Shown piece after piece: positions 41,200 through 51,435 of a stretch of DNA of 64,000 bases. The notes under the pieces were generated by a model that worked only from the letters and a program-made list of their open reading frames with translations, did not search any database and was not told the origin of the DNA. Where the stretch lies: NCBI GenBank assembly GCA_048941015.1, contig JBHLNZ010000005.1, positions 25,089 to 89,088 on the forward strand, given 5' to 3'. The translations under genes and the position numbers were made by a program. Each line of letters opens with the position of its first letter. The stretch's first letter is position 1. Origin of the DNA: Promethearchaeota archaeon. GTDB lineage: Archaea; Asgardarchaeota; Lokiarchaeia; Sigyniarchaeales; SOKP01.

Positions 41200-44112
41200 T
41201 TATTCAGCTAACTTTTCTTCTTTCCATTCTTCATAAGCTTTTGTGATTTTACCCCGCCAAATAGCATTTTTACCTGTTTCTTCTTCAAACTTTTTCATAA
41301 GAGTTTCTTTATCTAAGGTCTCTTTAGATGGCTTAGATTCCTTTTCTGATTCAGACTTTCTTATGGGTTTTTTTTCAATTTTAGCTTTTTTTGGAATGCT
41401 TTTTATTTCTTCTTTTAATGATTTAACGTCTAAAGCTTTCGCTTTTAAGAGTAAGACATCAAGATTAACAGCTTTACCATGATCAGTGTGCATTGGGTCG
41501 ATATTATCGTCTCCATATTGAAATTGGATTATATTCTTATCAGAATTTCTGACAGTACCATCATTCTCAATTACCATATCTTGTAAAGCGTTCACTAATC
41601 TACGTTGCATATATCCACTAGTAGAAGTTCTTACTGCAGTATCAACTAGTCCTTCACGACCTCCCATAGCATGAAAGAAAAATTCTTCAGGTTTTAGTCC
41701 ATTGCGATATGAAGATTCTACAAAGCCTCTTGCCTTTGGTGTAAGATCGTTTATTTTAAAATGAGGAAGAGTCCTTAGAGTATATCCCCGATTTATTCTT
41801 TCACCTCTAATTGCTTGTTGACCAACTACAGCAGACATTTGTCCTAAATTTAAAATATTTCCTCTTGCTCCAGATTTTGTCATAATAACTGAATGAGCTT
41901 CATCTCCAATGAAATGAGCAGCTGCTTCTTCAGCTTTCTTACGAGCTTCTGCTAAAACTTGTCTTATTCTTAATTCTAAAGTTTCTCTCATTGAACGCCC
42001 AGGTGCTCTTTTTAGAATTTTAGTATCATTTTCATAATAGGCTTTAATAAGTTTATCTGACTCGGCATTAGCATCTTTTAAAATATTTTGGATTTCCTTG
42101 TAAGCATCACCACTTACATAAACTTCATCTAATCCCATTGTCATGCCATTTTTTCGAATTACATAGAGAAGCATTTTAGTTGCATTGTCTAAAAATTCTC
42201 TACCTCGCGCATTGCCATGATCTTTAATAATTCTTTGTAAAATACTGTTTGATTGCATTGCTCCAAATGAATTCTCATCAATTGTGCCAGTGATAAGTTT
42301 TCCATTCTTTATTTCAACATATGCATCATATGGGCAATCTTCTTCTTCGCAGACTTCACATTTCTTACAAAATTTAGATTTAACCCGAATATTTAAGTCT
42401 TCTGGGAATAATGTACTAAAAATATCTTTTCCAGAATACATAGGTTCAGGATCTGTTTTAATTGGGTCCAAATTTTCTAACTTAAAATTTGGGTTATTAT
42501 CAAAGATTCCACCTAAATTTAATAACATTAAGGTGTCCTTTTTATTATATAATGAATCTTTACTAGTAAATTGAAAAACGGAAGAAATAAAATCTTGAAT
42601 TCCTCCTACTATTGGGCCTCCAAATCGAGGAGATAAAATATGCTCTTGAACTTTCAATAAAAGCTCTGCTTCTGTTCGAGCTTCTTCACTTTGAGGGACG
42701 TGTAAATTCATTTCATCACCGTCAAAATCCGCGTTATAAGGAGGACATACTGTTAAATTTAATCTAAAGGTCTTACCATCCATAATTTTAACTTCATGAG
42801 CCATGATTGACATCCTATGAAGAGAGGGTTGCCGATTAAATAAAACGAGATCGCCATCATTTAAATGACGTTCGACTGTAAATCCTGGTGCTAACATATC
42901 AGAGATAATTTTTCTATTCTTTACGTACCTAAGATCAATCCTTCTACGATCATTCCTGATAATATAATTTGCACCTGGATGTCTATGAGGCCCATTTAGA
43001 ACCATCTGTTTCATTTCTTCAATATTCCAATCATTAACGTTTGTTGGAATGGTAAGAATTTTAGCTATATCAATTGGAACACCGACTTCATTAATGCTAA
43101 TATATGGATTTGGAGAAATAACACTTCTCGCGGAAAAATCAACACGTTTTCCAGATAAATTACTTCTAAATCTACCCTCTTTACCTTTTAATCTTTGAGT
43201 TAGTGTCCGTAATGCTCTACCCGATCGATGTCTAGCAGGAGGGATACCTGAGACTTGATTATCAAAATAAGTTGTAATATGGTATTGTAATAACTCCCAT
43301 AAATCTTCAACGATTAAGTGAGGGGCTCCTGCATCGATATTCTCTCTTAATCTTTGATTAATACGAATAACATCAACTAGTTTATGAGTTAAATCATCTT
43401 CAGATCGAATTCCACTGTCTAAGGTAATTGATGGTCTCGCACAAACTGGTGGTATAGGTAATACAGTGAAGATTACCCATTCAAGGCGAGCATTTTCAGG
43501 TGAGATTCCTAAGATTCTAAGATCATTATCGGTCATTTTTTTAAGGCGCTCTAAAATCTCGATTGGTGTGATTCTTCTTGAACCTTTAGCTTCTTCTTCT
43601 TCATAAAATGTGGTAGGTTTTTCAATAATGATCTTTTTCTTCTTTGCTCCACAATAAGGGCAAATTTTTGCCTTTCTTGCCCTTTTAAAAACTAATCTTG
43701 TTGCGTCTTCATCTCCTTCGAAAAAGATTTTTCTATGTTTAATTTGTTCCTGTTTGAATCTTTCCTTTTCTTCTTCAGTAAGCATTAATCGAGAGCATTC
43801 AGGGCAGATACTTCGTAATACTTTCAATACTTTTTTTGCATAGCCTACATGAATAACTGGACGGGCTAATTCTATGTGTCCGAAGTGTCCCATACAGTTA
43901 CTCACTAAATTACCGCAAGTCTGGCATCTTTGACCGGGTTCGATCGTTCCAAGACGCTGATCCATTAATCCTGAAGGGATTGGGAGCCCATCTTCATCAT
44001 AAGTATCAGCAGTTATTATCCTAGCTGCCGACATTTTACGGATCTCATCAGGACTCAATAGTCCAAATTTGATCTTTTCGATCATTTTAGTGCGGCTATA
44101 AGTATAGCTCAT
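41200..44112 (-). CDS. rpoA1: RNA polymerase subunit Rpo1N (A')
   Basis: CMGHFGHIEL, GKRVDFSAR, NRQPSLHR, YNADFDGDEMN, GGREGLVDTA. Confidence 0.99.
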   Translation of the reverse strand: MSYTYSRTKMIEKIKFGLLSPDEIRKMSAARIITADTYDEDGLPIPSGLMDQRLGTIEPGQRCQTCGNLVSNCMGHFGHIELARPVIHVGYAKKVLKVLRSICPECSRLMLTEEEKERFKQEQIKHRKIFFEGDEDATRLVFKRARKAKICPYCGAKKKKIIIEKPTTFYEEEEAKGSRRITPIEILERLKKMTDNDLRILGISPENARLEWVIFTVLPIPPVCARPSITLDSGIRSEDDLTHKLVDVIRINQRLRENIDAGAPHLIVEDLWELLQYHITTYFDNQVSGIPPARHRSGRALRTLTQRLKGKEGRFRSNLSGKRVDFSARSVISPNPYISINEVGVPIDIAKILTIPTNVNDWNIEEMKQMVLNGPHRHPGANYIIRNDRRRIDLRYVKNRKIISDMLAPGFTVERHLNDGDLVLFNRQPSLHRMSIMAHEVKIMDGKTFRLNLTVCPPYNADFDGDEMNLHVPQSEEARTEAELLLKVQEHILSPRFGGPIVGGIQDFISSVFQFTSKDSLYNKKDTLMLLNLGGIFDNNPNFKLENLDPIKTDPEPMYSGKDIFSTLFPEDLNIRVKSKFCKKCEVCEEEDCPYDAYVEIKNGKLITGTIDENSFGAMQSNSILQRIIKDHGNARGREFLDNATKMLLYVIRKNGMTMGLDEVYVSGDAYKEIQNILKDANAESDKLIKAYYENDTKILKRAPGRSMRETLELRIRQVLAEARKKAEEAAAHFIGDEAHSVIMTKSGARGNILNLGQMSAVVGQQAIRGERINRGYTLRTLPHFKINDLTPKARGFVESSYRNGLKPEEFFFHAMGGREGLVDTAVRTSTSGYMQRRLVNALQDMVIENDGTVRNSDKNIIQFQYGDDNIDPMHTDHGKAVNLDVLLLKAKALDVKSLKEEIKSIPKKAKIEKKPIRKSESEKESKPSKETLDKETLMKKFEEETGKNAIWRGKITKAYEEWKEEKLAE

Positions 44113-44301
44113 AACATCAAAACATCCTCTGCTATTAATTTATATTTATGAAATGATAAAGAATAAGATAAAAAATCCAGCACTGTAAATAAAAAAAGCA
44201 TGCAAATATTAAAAATTTTATGATTGGGGCATATTTATAACTTATTCTTTATAATTTTATTTATACTAGTTTAATTTATAGGTAAATTTAATTAATTTAT
44301 T

Positions 44302-44892
44302 ATGAATCTGGGTAAATACTTTAAGAGTAAATTAGTGTTATTTATTATACAGATTATATTATTAAGTACTTTTATCTATGTATTTCACTATAGCTTTAAT
44401 ATCAATTTTGATAGTGGTATTACATTTGAGCGTGAAAGAATTATTCAATTTTTAGCAAGTTACATTATGTTTGAAGGATTAACTGATTTTCTATTTATTT
44501 TATTAATCTGGATTTTAACATCTTTAATTTCTATATTTATATTAAAAGAGCCTCAAAAAACATGGTTAATGAATTTAACAACTTTCTTTTTTCCAAATTT
44601 TTTCTTCTATGTTTTTCTATTTCGCTATTCCCCTCAATATTTTAATAATAATTTTACCCAACTCTTACTTAAAACCTTTATAATAGCGCTTATACTTGTT
44701 TCTTTTTCAATTGGATTATCCTTTATCCTAAAATCCTTAATAGATTCTAGAATAGAAACAAGAGAAGAAAAATTAGAAATTATTGTTAGTAATATAAAAA
44801 CAAAATGTCCTAATTGTGGAACAGAATTCAATTCTACTCCAAAATATTGCTATAAATGTAATAGTGAATTAACTAAGGATTCGGGGGATTGA
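44302..44892 (+). CDS. Membrane protein with C-terminal zinc ribbon
   Basis: About four hydrophobic segments followed by CPNCG..CYKC. Confidence 0.7.
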   Translation: MNLGKYFKSKLVLFIIQIILLSTFIYVFHYSFNINFDSGITFERERIIQFLASYIMFEGLTDFLFILLIWILTSLISIFILKEPQKTWLMNLTTFFFPNFFFYVFLFRYSPQYFNNNFTQLLLKTFIIALILVSFSIGLSFILKSLIDSRIETREEKLEIIVSNIKTKCPNCGTEFNSTPKYCYKCNSELTKDSGD

Positions 44893-44893
44893 A

Positions 44894-46354
44894 TTGGAGA
44901 AGAATCGAGGAGTTAAATTCGAATTTCTGTTTAAGCCTAAAACTGTCCTTATTTACGAAGCAAAATCAAAAATCTCTTTTTTTATAGAGGGTTTTATACG
45001 ACAAGGTTATAATGTTGACAATTTATATTTAATTTCACCTACAGAAGAATCACTTTTAGGGATTAAATGTTATAAAAAAATTGATGAGATCCCCATCGAT
45101 TCAATTGATCTTGTTATATTATCTGTTAAAAGAGATTTTCTAGTACCAAAATTAGAAGAGCTTCTGAAAAGAAAGCATATTAAGTTTATACATATTTTTA
45201 CCGCAGGAACGGGGGAATCTGATGATATTGGGATAAGGATTGAAAGAGATATAAAAAAAATTTTAGATAATTATGAAAATACTCGTGCTATTGGTCCTAA
45301 TTGTATGGGGATATATTGTCCAAAAGGAAAAATAGCCTATTATTCTTCTTTTCCTCCTGAGAGCGGAAATATCAGTTTAATATTTCAATCTGGAGATTTA
45401 CATTCAAAAATGGTTAAATTTGGGTCACGTAGATACCATCTCCTATTTTCAAAAGGTGTGAGCATTGGAAATTGTGTAGATATACAAATCTCAGAATTAT
45501 TACAATACTATAATGATGATGAAGAGACAGATTTAATTTGTATATACTTCGAAGGCATTTCATTTATGTACATTAACGAAGGGCGAAAATTATTTGGTAT
45601 TTTAAAAACTATGAAAAAACCAACTCTTTTTATGAGGGGAGGAATGACTGAACGGGCTCAAAGTGCAGTTTTAACTCATACAGGATCATTGTCTACAAAA
45701 CGCAGGATTTGGAATGCTATTTATAAACAAACACCTATTATAGAAATATCTTCATCATTAGATGAGTTAGTAGATGCTTCATATCTGTTTTATAATTATA
45801 TTAATCGCTTTAAAAGGTCTCAACAAAAGATATTATATCCAAACTCTAAACGGACTTTAGTAATTTTATGGTCGGGAGGTTTTGGTATTTTAGCAACTGA
45901 CGCCTTAACGGATTTAGGATTAGAAATGCCACTCTTTAAAGGAGATATGCTCAAAAAGTTAAAAAATATTTATCCTGCTACTATTGGTAGCTTATCAAAT
46001 CCTCTTGATCTGCCATGGATTATCCACAGAGATGAATTTTTTGAGTTAAGTAAAGCAGCGATAGATTATGATATTGATTTAGTTATTGTAGAAACAGATG
46101 CATGGAGCGACCTGGAAAGTGAACGTTTTCAAGCATATTATAAAAATTTAATTAAAATCAAACAATATGTAGAACGGTCAAATAAAGTATTCATAATTAT
46201 TTTACATCAATATCCAAGCGAATCTCGAAAATCATTCTATAATATGCTTCTTAAGGATGATTTTATTGTTTATCCCAATATCGATGTTGCTGCTAAAGCA
46301 TATTTAAAGTTATTTGAATATGGACAAAAGATTAAGAAATTTAATCATAATTAA
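44894..46354 (+). CDS. CoA-binding protein (ADP-forming acyl-CoA synthetase alpha-like)
   Basis: LFKPKTV, IGPNCMG, FQSG, SIGNCVD, THTGSL (phospho-His position), NPLDL. Confidence 0.85.
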   Translation: MEKNRGVKFEFLFKPKTVLIYEAKSKISFFIEGFIRQGYNVDNLYLISPTEESLLGIKCYKKIDEIPIDSIDLVILSVKRDFLVPKLEELLKRKHIKFIHIFTAGTGESDDIGIRIERDIKKILDNYENTRAIGPNCMGIYCPKGKIAYYSSFPPESGNISLIFQSGDLHSKMVKFGSRRYHLLFSKGVSIGNCVDIQISELLQYYNDDEETDLICIYFEGISFMYINEGRKLFGILKTMKKPTLFMRGGMTERAQSAVLTHTGSLSTKRRIWNAIYKQTPIIEISSSLDELVDASYLFYNYINRFKRSQQKILYPNSKRTLVILWSGGFGILATDALTDLGLEMPLFKGDMLKKLKNIYPATIGSLSNPLDLPWIIHRDEFFELSKAAIDYDIDLVIVETDAWSDLESERFQAYYKNLIKIKQYVERSNKVFIIILHQYPSESRKSFYNMLLKDDFIVYPNIDVAAKAYLKLFEYGQKIKKFNHN

Positions 46355-46368
46355 ATGAGTTTTTGCTT

Positions 46369-47343
46369 ATGATTGGAGAATTAATCGCGCTATTAGCAGT
46401 CCTTACATTTGTAGGGTCAAATGTATTATTTAGAAAAACGGAAAAAGAAGCAAGCCCCACATTTATTAATTTTATCCGTACAGCGATAGGTACTGTAACT
46501 TTTATCATAATCTCAATCTTTCTAGGATTATTTATACTTATTTTTTCGCTTCCATGGGATTTATGGGTATTGCTCTTTTTAAGTTTCTTATTTGGACAAG
46601 TTATTGGAGATACCTCTTATTTTTCTGCCCAAAAAATTCTTGGAACTACAATAGCTTTGGCTATATCCATGACCTTCCCATTATTCACCTTCTTTCTTTC
46701 ACTTCTTTTCCTTCATCGCCCTTTTGAAATTTCTATGATATTATCTCTAATATTGATTGGAAGTGGAATTATAATAATCGGCAATTCAAAAATTAAATCA
46801 GCCAGTAATTATTTAGCAAAGAATAGAGAACAAATTAATACAGAAGTAAATGACTCTAATACGTATTCTTCAAGTAATATAGTTAATGGTATTATATACG
46901 GATTATTTGCATCCCTTGGCTGGGCAATTGGGCTTGTAATAATAGATTATGCTACAAATCGTATTGATTCAATTTTAAATCTTCAAGGAAATAGTTCAAT
47001 CGTCGGTAATGTAATCCGATTTCCATTTGCTTTATCTATTTTAGCAGTAATGGTTTATAGAGAAAAACTTGTCACGAGGGAAAATAAAAAAATAACACAA
47101 AAGAGATCTAAAGAAACATGGTTATTATTAATTATAGCTTCTATTATTGGTACTTCTTTAGGCGCTTATTTGTATACTGAGGCAGCCCGTATTGCAGGAG
47201 CTAATATCATGTCTTTATTAGCAACTTCAAGCCCATTATTTGCATTACCTTTGACCTATTGGATAAATAAAGAAAAAATTACAAAATTTGGATTTGTAGG
47301 TGTTATTTTAACGATTTTAGGAGTAATAATTATCCTAATATAA
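46369..47343 (+). CDS. DMT/EamA family transporter
   Basis: Ten TM segments in two repeats; SPLFALPL..KEKIT. Confidence 0.85.
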   Translation: MIGELIALLAVLTFVGSNVLFRKTEKEASPTFINFIRTAIGTVTFIIISIFLGLFILIFSLPWDLWVLLFLSFLFGQVIGDTSYFSAQKILGTTIALAISMTFPLFTFFLSLLFLHRPFEISMILSLILIGSGIIIIGNSKIKSASNYLAKNREQINTEVNDSNTYSSSNIVNGIIYGLFASLGWAIGLVIIDYATNRIDSILNLQGNSSIVGNVIRFPFALSILAVMVYREKLVTRENKKITQKRSKETWLLLIIASIIGTSLGAYLYTEAARIAGANIMSLLATSSPLFALPLTYWINKEKITKFGFVGVILTILGVIIILI

Positions 47344-47399
47344 TGTTTTAGCATTTTCAATAAAATAGAAAAAAAAGATTTAATCGTTTGTTTAAATTT

Positions 47400-48290
47400 T
47401 TAAAAATAATTGTTATTAACGATTTTATCATTCACGGTTTTAATTATTTCATCTAGGTCTCCAAGTTTTAAGGTTTTTACTATTTCTTCAAAGTTATCTT
47501 TAAATTCGTGTACGGTTTTTCCTAAACTAATACCTCCGTCAACTACAAGTGCATGACCCGTAATAAATTTTGATTCATCACTCGCAAGCCAAAGCGCTGC
47601 ATTTGCTATATCTTCAGGAATTCCTGTTCGTGGGAGTGGTTGAATATTTTTAAATTCCATTTTTAAAAGTTGTGCAAGCCTTAGTGAAGCGTCTTGGTCA
47701 AGATCTAAACCTCTCCCAAAAATTGCGGTTGTAATTAATCCAGGACATATACAGTTTACCCGGATATTGTTCTCTCCTAATTCCGTAGCAACTGAATGAG
47801 TTAAATGAATAATTGCTGCTTTCATAGCACTATAAATATGTGGTCCCATTCCAGTACAAATACCTGCGACACTAGCAGTACTAATTATGCTTCCTGAGCC
47901 TTGTTTTTTCATTATTGGAGCAGAATACTTCATTCCAAGAAACACACTTCTAAAAAGTACATCTATAGTTTCATCAAATGCTTCAGTAGGAATCTCTTCA
48001 ATATAACCATTGGCACCCCCAAATCCAGCATTATTAAACATACAATCTAATTGTCCAAATTTTTCTATTGCAAGATCGATTACACCCTTGATGTCTGATT
48101 CATTCCTTACATCGCCATGAAAAAAAATTGCATTCGAACCAAGCTCTTCTTCTAAAGTTTTTCCTAAATCTTCTTGAATATCTAAGAATACTACTTTTGC
48201 ACCCTCTTCTACAAAAAGTTTTACAGTAGCTTTACCAATACCACTTGCAGCGCCAGTTATCACTGCAACTTTATTCTCTAATTTACCCAT
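47400..48290 (-). CDS. Short-chain dehydrogenase/reductase
   Basis: TGAASGIG, NNAG, YSAMK, IRVNCICPG, VVDGG. Confidence 0.93.
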   Translation of the reverse strand: MGKLENKVAVITGAASGIGKATVKLFVEEGAKVVFLDIQEDLGKTLEEELGSNAIFFHGDVRNESDIKGVIDLAIEKFGQLDCMFNNAGFGGANGYIEEIPTEAFDETIDVLFRSVFLGMKYSAPIMKKQGSGSIISTASVAGICTGMGPHIYSAMKAAIIHLTHSVATELGENNIRVNCICPGLITTAIFGRGLDLDQDASLRLAQLLKMEFKNIQPLPRTGIPEDIANAALWLASDESKFITGHALVVDGGISLGKTVHEFKDNFEEIVKTLKLGDLDEIIKTVNDKIVNNNYF

Positions 48291-48399
48291 TAAGATTACA
48301 CCTCTATTATATTTGATTTAAAACAGATTAAATATTTTAAATATAACAAAAAGTAGGAAAAATTAATTTATATATTATTGTATAGCCATTTTCTAATAA

Positions 48400-49485
48400 T
48401 CATTCATAATAATGTTCAAATAGCTTTAGTTCTTCAGTAATATTTTTTAATTTTTCCATTTCCTCTCTCGTAGGTGGATTTTCTTCATAGATATCATAGA
48501 TTTTTAAATTAAGGTTATTTCTTACTTGTTTCTCTAATTTGTTAATTTTTTGGTTCGTTGCAAAGAATTTTATTATTTTAAATTTCAGTTTGGTTATCTT
48601 CTTTTCCCATTCTTCTGCAAATTCACCATTTTGAATTTCATTTAAGATTTGTTTCATTTTTGGTACAAGTGGAAGTTTACGAAATCTAATGCCTCTACTC
48701 ATTGCACCATATTGGCTTGTTTGAGAATGAAAATCAACTTGTTTAATCAATCCAACATCAGCCATTTTTTTATAAGTATAAGACATCTCACCGCTCATGT
48801 ACATCTCTATTAATACTGCTTCAGGAGGATATCCCGCATCAATTAGAACTTTTATACTGGATAATAATACTCTTCCAAAAGCAGGGCCAAATGCTTGTTC
48901 ATTAAACAAATCTAAGACAGCTTCATCTTTCATCTTCATCATTATAGCTCCTTTTTTAAGTGTACCAATGCCTTTTGCTAAAGCTTTAAGGATATCTTTA
49001 GCCTCCCCCGATACATCTTGTTCGACGGCAACGTAACTAAAAAAACCTTTTTCATTGAGAAAATTCTCTCTAACTCCGACCCCAATCATCCTTGGAGCTA
49101 TCATTACAACATCGATATTATTAGGAAGAGTCAGTAGTCCAAAACCTACATTATAACCACTAGCGAAGTTTATTAATGATTTTGGTTTTAAATATGGCTT
49201 TATTTTCTCTTCAAAAATCTCTCTCATTAGCTCATCTGGAATTAAGATAAAAATTATATCTGATCTTTTGACTGCTTCTTCAATTGAAAAGACATCAAAA
49301 CCATCGTTCTGTGCTATATGTTTATATTTATCTTCAATATTTCCAACTATTATTCTTAATCCATTATCTCTAAGGTTTAATGCCTGAGCTCTACCCTGAT
49401 TTCCATAGCCAATAATAGATATGGTTTTATCCTTAATTATTTCTAAATTACCATCATTATCATGAAAAATTTCAACCATTTTCAT
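48400..49485 (-). CDS. ilvC: Ketol-acid reductoisomerase-like protein
   Basis: IGYGNQGRAQALNLRD, LIPDE, DLFNEQ, HSQTSQYG. Confidence 0.8.
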   Translation of the reverse strand: MKMVEIFHDNDGNLEIIKDKTISIIGYGNQGRAQALNLRDNGLRIIVGNIEDKYKHIAQNDGFDVFSIEEAVKRSDIIFILIPDELMREIFEEKIKPYLKPKSLINFASGYNVGFGLLTLPNNIDVVMIAPRMIGVGVRENFLNEKGFFSYVAVEQDVSGEAKDILKALAKGIGTLKKGAIMMKMKDEAVLDLFNEQAFGPAFGRVLLSSIKVLIDAGYPPEAVLIEMYMSGEMSYTYKKMADVGLIKQVDFHSQTSQYGAMSRGIRFRKLPLVPKMKQILNEIQNGEFAEEWEKKITKLKFKIIKFFATNQKINKLEKQVRNNLNLKIYDIYEENPPTREEMEKLKNITEELKLFEHYYE

Positions 49486-49547
49486 TTAATCCTTTAATTT
49501 TTAAGATTAATAAATAAAGTTTGTTAATGAAAAAATTCTTTTAGAAA

Positions 49548-50126
49548 TTAGAAAACTTTTTCATAATCAAATTTGTTAAAATCTAAAATAATTTTTGTCA
49601 TATTCACAAAAATATCTCGAATATTTATGTTCTCTTTAGAAGAAGTCTCAAAATAAGGAATATTATCATATTTTTTTCGAAAATTCTCAATAACTAACTT
49701 ATCTACTTTAGCTTTATCTTTTATTAAGTCTTTTTTACAACCTACTAATATTTTTGGTGTATTTTGATGTTCAAGTTTATTAAGATGATCATGCCACCAA
49801 TCTAATCCTAATAAAGTATTATTTAAATTAAATAAGCTAAAAACTAAAAAGATCCCGTTTGCTCCATGTATATAATAACTAAACATTTTTTTAAATTGTT
49901 CCTGGCCTCCAAAATCCCAGATACTTAAACGAACAAATGATTCGTTACCATCAATGATTAGGGGAAGATCATAAGTATAAAAGTCGATCCCGATTGTTAA
50001 TTTCGTGTTAGCATCAAAAGTATCAAAACATAACCTTCTTGCTATGCATGTCTTACCAACTCCACCGTTACCAATTAAACAGAGCTTAAAAATATATGCT
50101 GGTTTCTCTTCTTGCTGTAAATTCAT
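49548..50126 (-). CDS. Rab-like small GTPase
   Basis: FKLCLIGNGGVGKT, TIGIDF, WDFGGQEQF, GCKKD, ETSSK. Confidence 0.92.
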   Translation of the reverse strand: MNLQQEEKPAYIFKLCLIGNGGVGKTCIARRLCFDTFDANTKLTIGIDFYTYDLPLIIDGNESFVRLSIWDFGGQEQFKKMFSYYIHGANGIFLVFSLFNLNNTLLGLDWWHDHLNKLEHQNTPKILVGCKKDLIKDKAKVDKLVIENFRKKYDNIPYFETSSKENINIRDIFVNMTKIILDFNKFDYEKVF

Positions 50127-50257
50127 CTAATTTTCACAGAATTATTGATAATAAAATTAATTAATTGTTTTCTAGGAATATGATAAATATTCAAATTAAA
50201 ATCTTTATATTAAATATTAAAAAGCTTTCAATTATTTAAGATTTTAAAATTGATTAT

Positions 50258-50722
50258 ATGGAAGAAAATAATTTATTTCCTAATTATAAACCAAAAAAAA
50301 CTCCAGATACGATTCATGACTATTTAAAAGCACCAAAATCAAAAATTTTTGAAATTATATCTGATATTGGTGAACCTTCACTCAATAATTTACATGATAT
50401 AATAAATCTATTTAATAAATACGTAAAAAAAGCTAAAGAAAACCCTGGTGGTGTTCGAAAGGGAAATATTGCAATTGGAGCCGATCTAGATCAATACTAT
50501 CCTTCAGAAGAAGAACTTGTTGTCTCAGAATTGGGAAAAATGATAAGAAGAATAATTGAATCTAATCGTAAAAAAGATGTTGATAAATTAATGAAAAAAA
50601 ATGGTATTAAATCACAGAAAGTAGAATTCTCTGAAATATATTTTAGACATGTCGATGTAATGGGCTCAGGTAGATATTTTTATGCAGAAAAAAAAGAACC
50701 AAAAATTGAAATAAAGTTATAA
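50258..50722 (+). CDS. Hypothetical protein
   Basis: 154-aa ATG ORF; no family recognised. Confidence 0.7.
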   Translation: MEENNLFPNYKPKKTPDTIHDYLKAPKSKIFEIISDIGEPSLNNLHDIINLFNKYVKKAKENPGGVRKGNIAIGADLDQYYPSEEELVVSELGKMIRRIIESNRKKDVDKLMKKNGIKSQKVEFSEIYFRHVDVMGSGRYFYAEKKEPKIEIKL

Positions 50723-50777
50723 AAAGGAAAAAAATAAAAAAAAAGAGTTTTTATCTGAAAAACTAACTGAAGATCGC

Positions 50778-50984
50778 TTAAATCATTCCGATAGCGATTT
50801 TCATATCAGCTTGAGTTACTTTCTTTCTTCCGGAATGCTTAGCAATGTCAAGAGCACATGAAGTTAATTCTTTAGCATATTCCTCTAAATAATCCATTAA
50901 TTTGTCAACTGCTGCTCTGCTAACGATTTCAGCTCCGGATTTTTTCATTAGAGCCCGTAATGGACTCCATGCAAATGCTGCCAT
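50778..50984 (-). CDS. Archaeal histone (HMf-like)
   Basis: Histone fold: PLRALMKKSGAEIVS..AKHSGRKKVTQADM; GGAGG RBS upstream. Confidence 0.93.
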   Translation of the reverse strand: MAAFAWSPLRALMKKSGAEIVSRAAVDKLMDYLEEYAKELTSCALDIAKHSGRKKVTQADMKIAIGMI

Positions 50985-51061
50985 TTTTTATTCCTCCACT
51001 AATTTTTAATTATGATTATTCTTTTTTTTATTGATAATCATACTTTATTTAGTATTACTTA

Positions 51062-51069
51062 TATATAAA
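51062..51069 (-). promoter_or_regulatory. Putative TATA box of the histone gene
   Basis: TTTATATA on the minus strand about 80 nt upstream of the ATG. Confidence 0.4.
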
Positions 51070-51435
51070 TTTGTTGGTTGTTGATATGATATTCGAATGA
51101 TTTTATCAATCAAATCCAGTCGACAAAAAAAATTATTATAGATAAAAAAAAAATTTTTTACTAGCTATATCAGAATATAATATATGATCAAAAGCTGATT
51201 TCAAATGCTAATGTTTAGGTTGTGATACTAGTAATATTAAGGTATATGAGAAGAAACTATGGATTATAAGCATAAATAGCAAAGACTTAATAAAAGATAA
51301 TAAGAAATGGTAATTCAAAACTTAACACAATCGTGAGTTTTGCTAATAAGATTATTTTTAAATTGTAATATGAAAAAATGGATTATTATTTTACATAATC
51401 TTTTTTAATACTAAAAGGGTTATTTTCTAGGAAGG

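Noticed and set aside
4557-44112. Inteins in the usual hosts (aIF5B, RFC-S, Rpo1N/1C)
   Set aside because: Lengths and motifs are continuous; no intein splice motifs seen
50985-51435. 450-nt intergenic region as a possible ncRNA, SECIS element or origin
   Set aside because: Only a weak imperfect stem; no tRNA fold, ORB repeats or cdc6 neighbour; explained by divergent promoters
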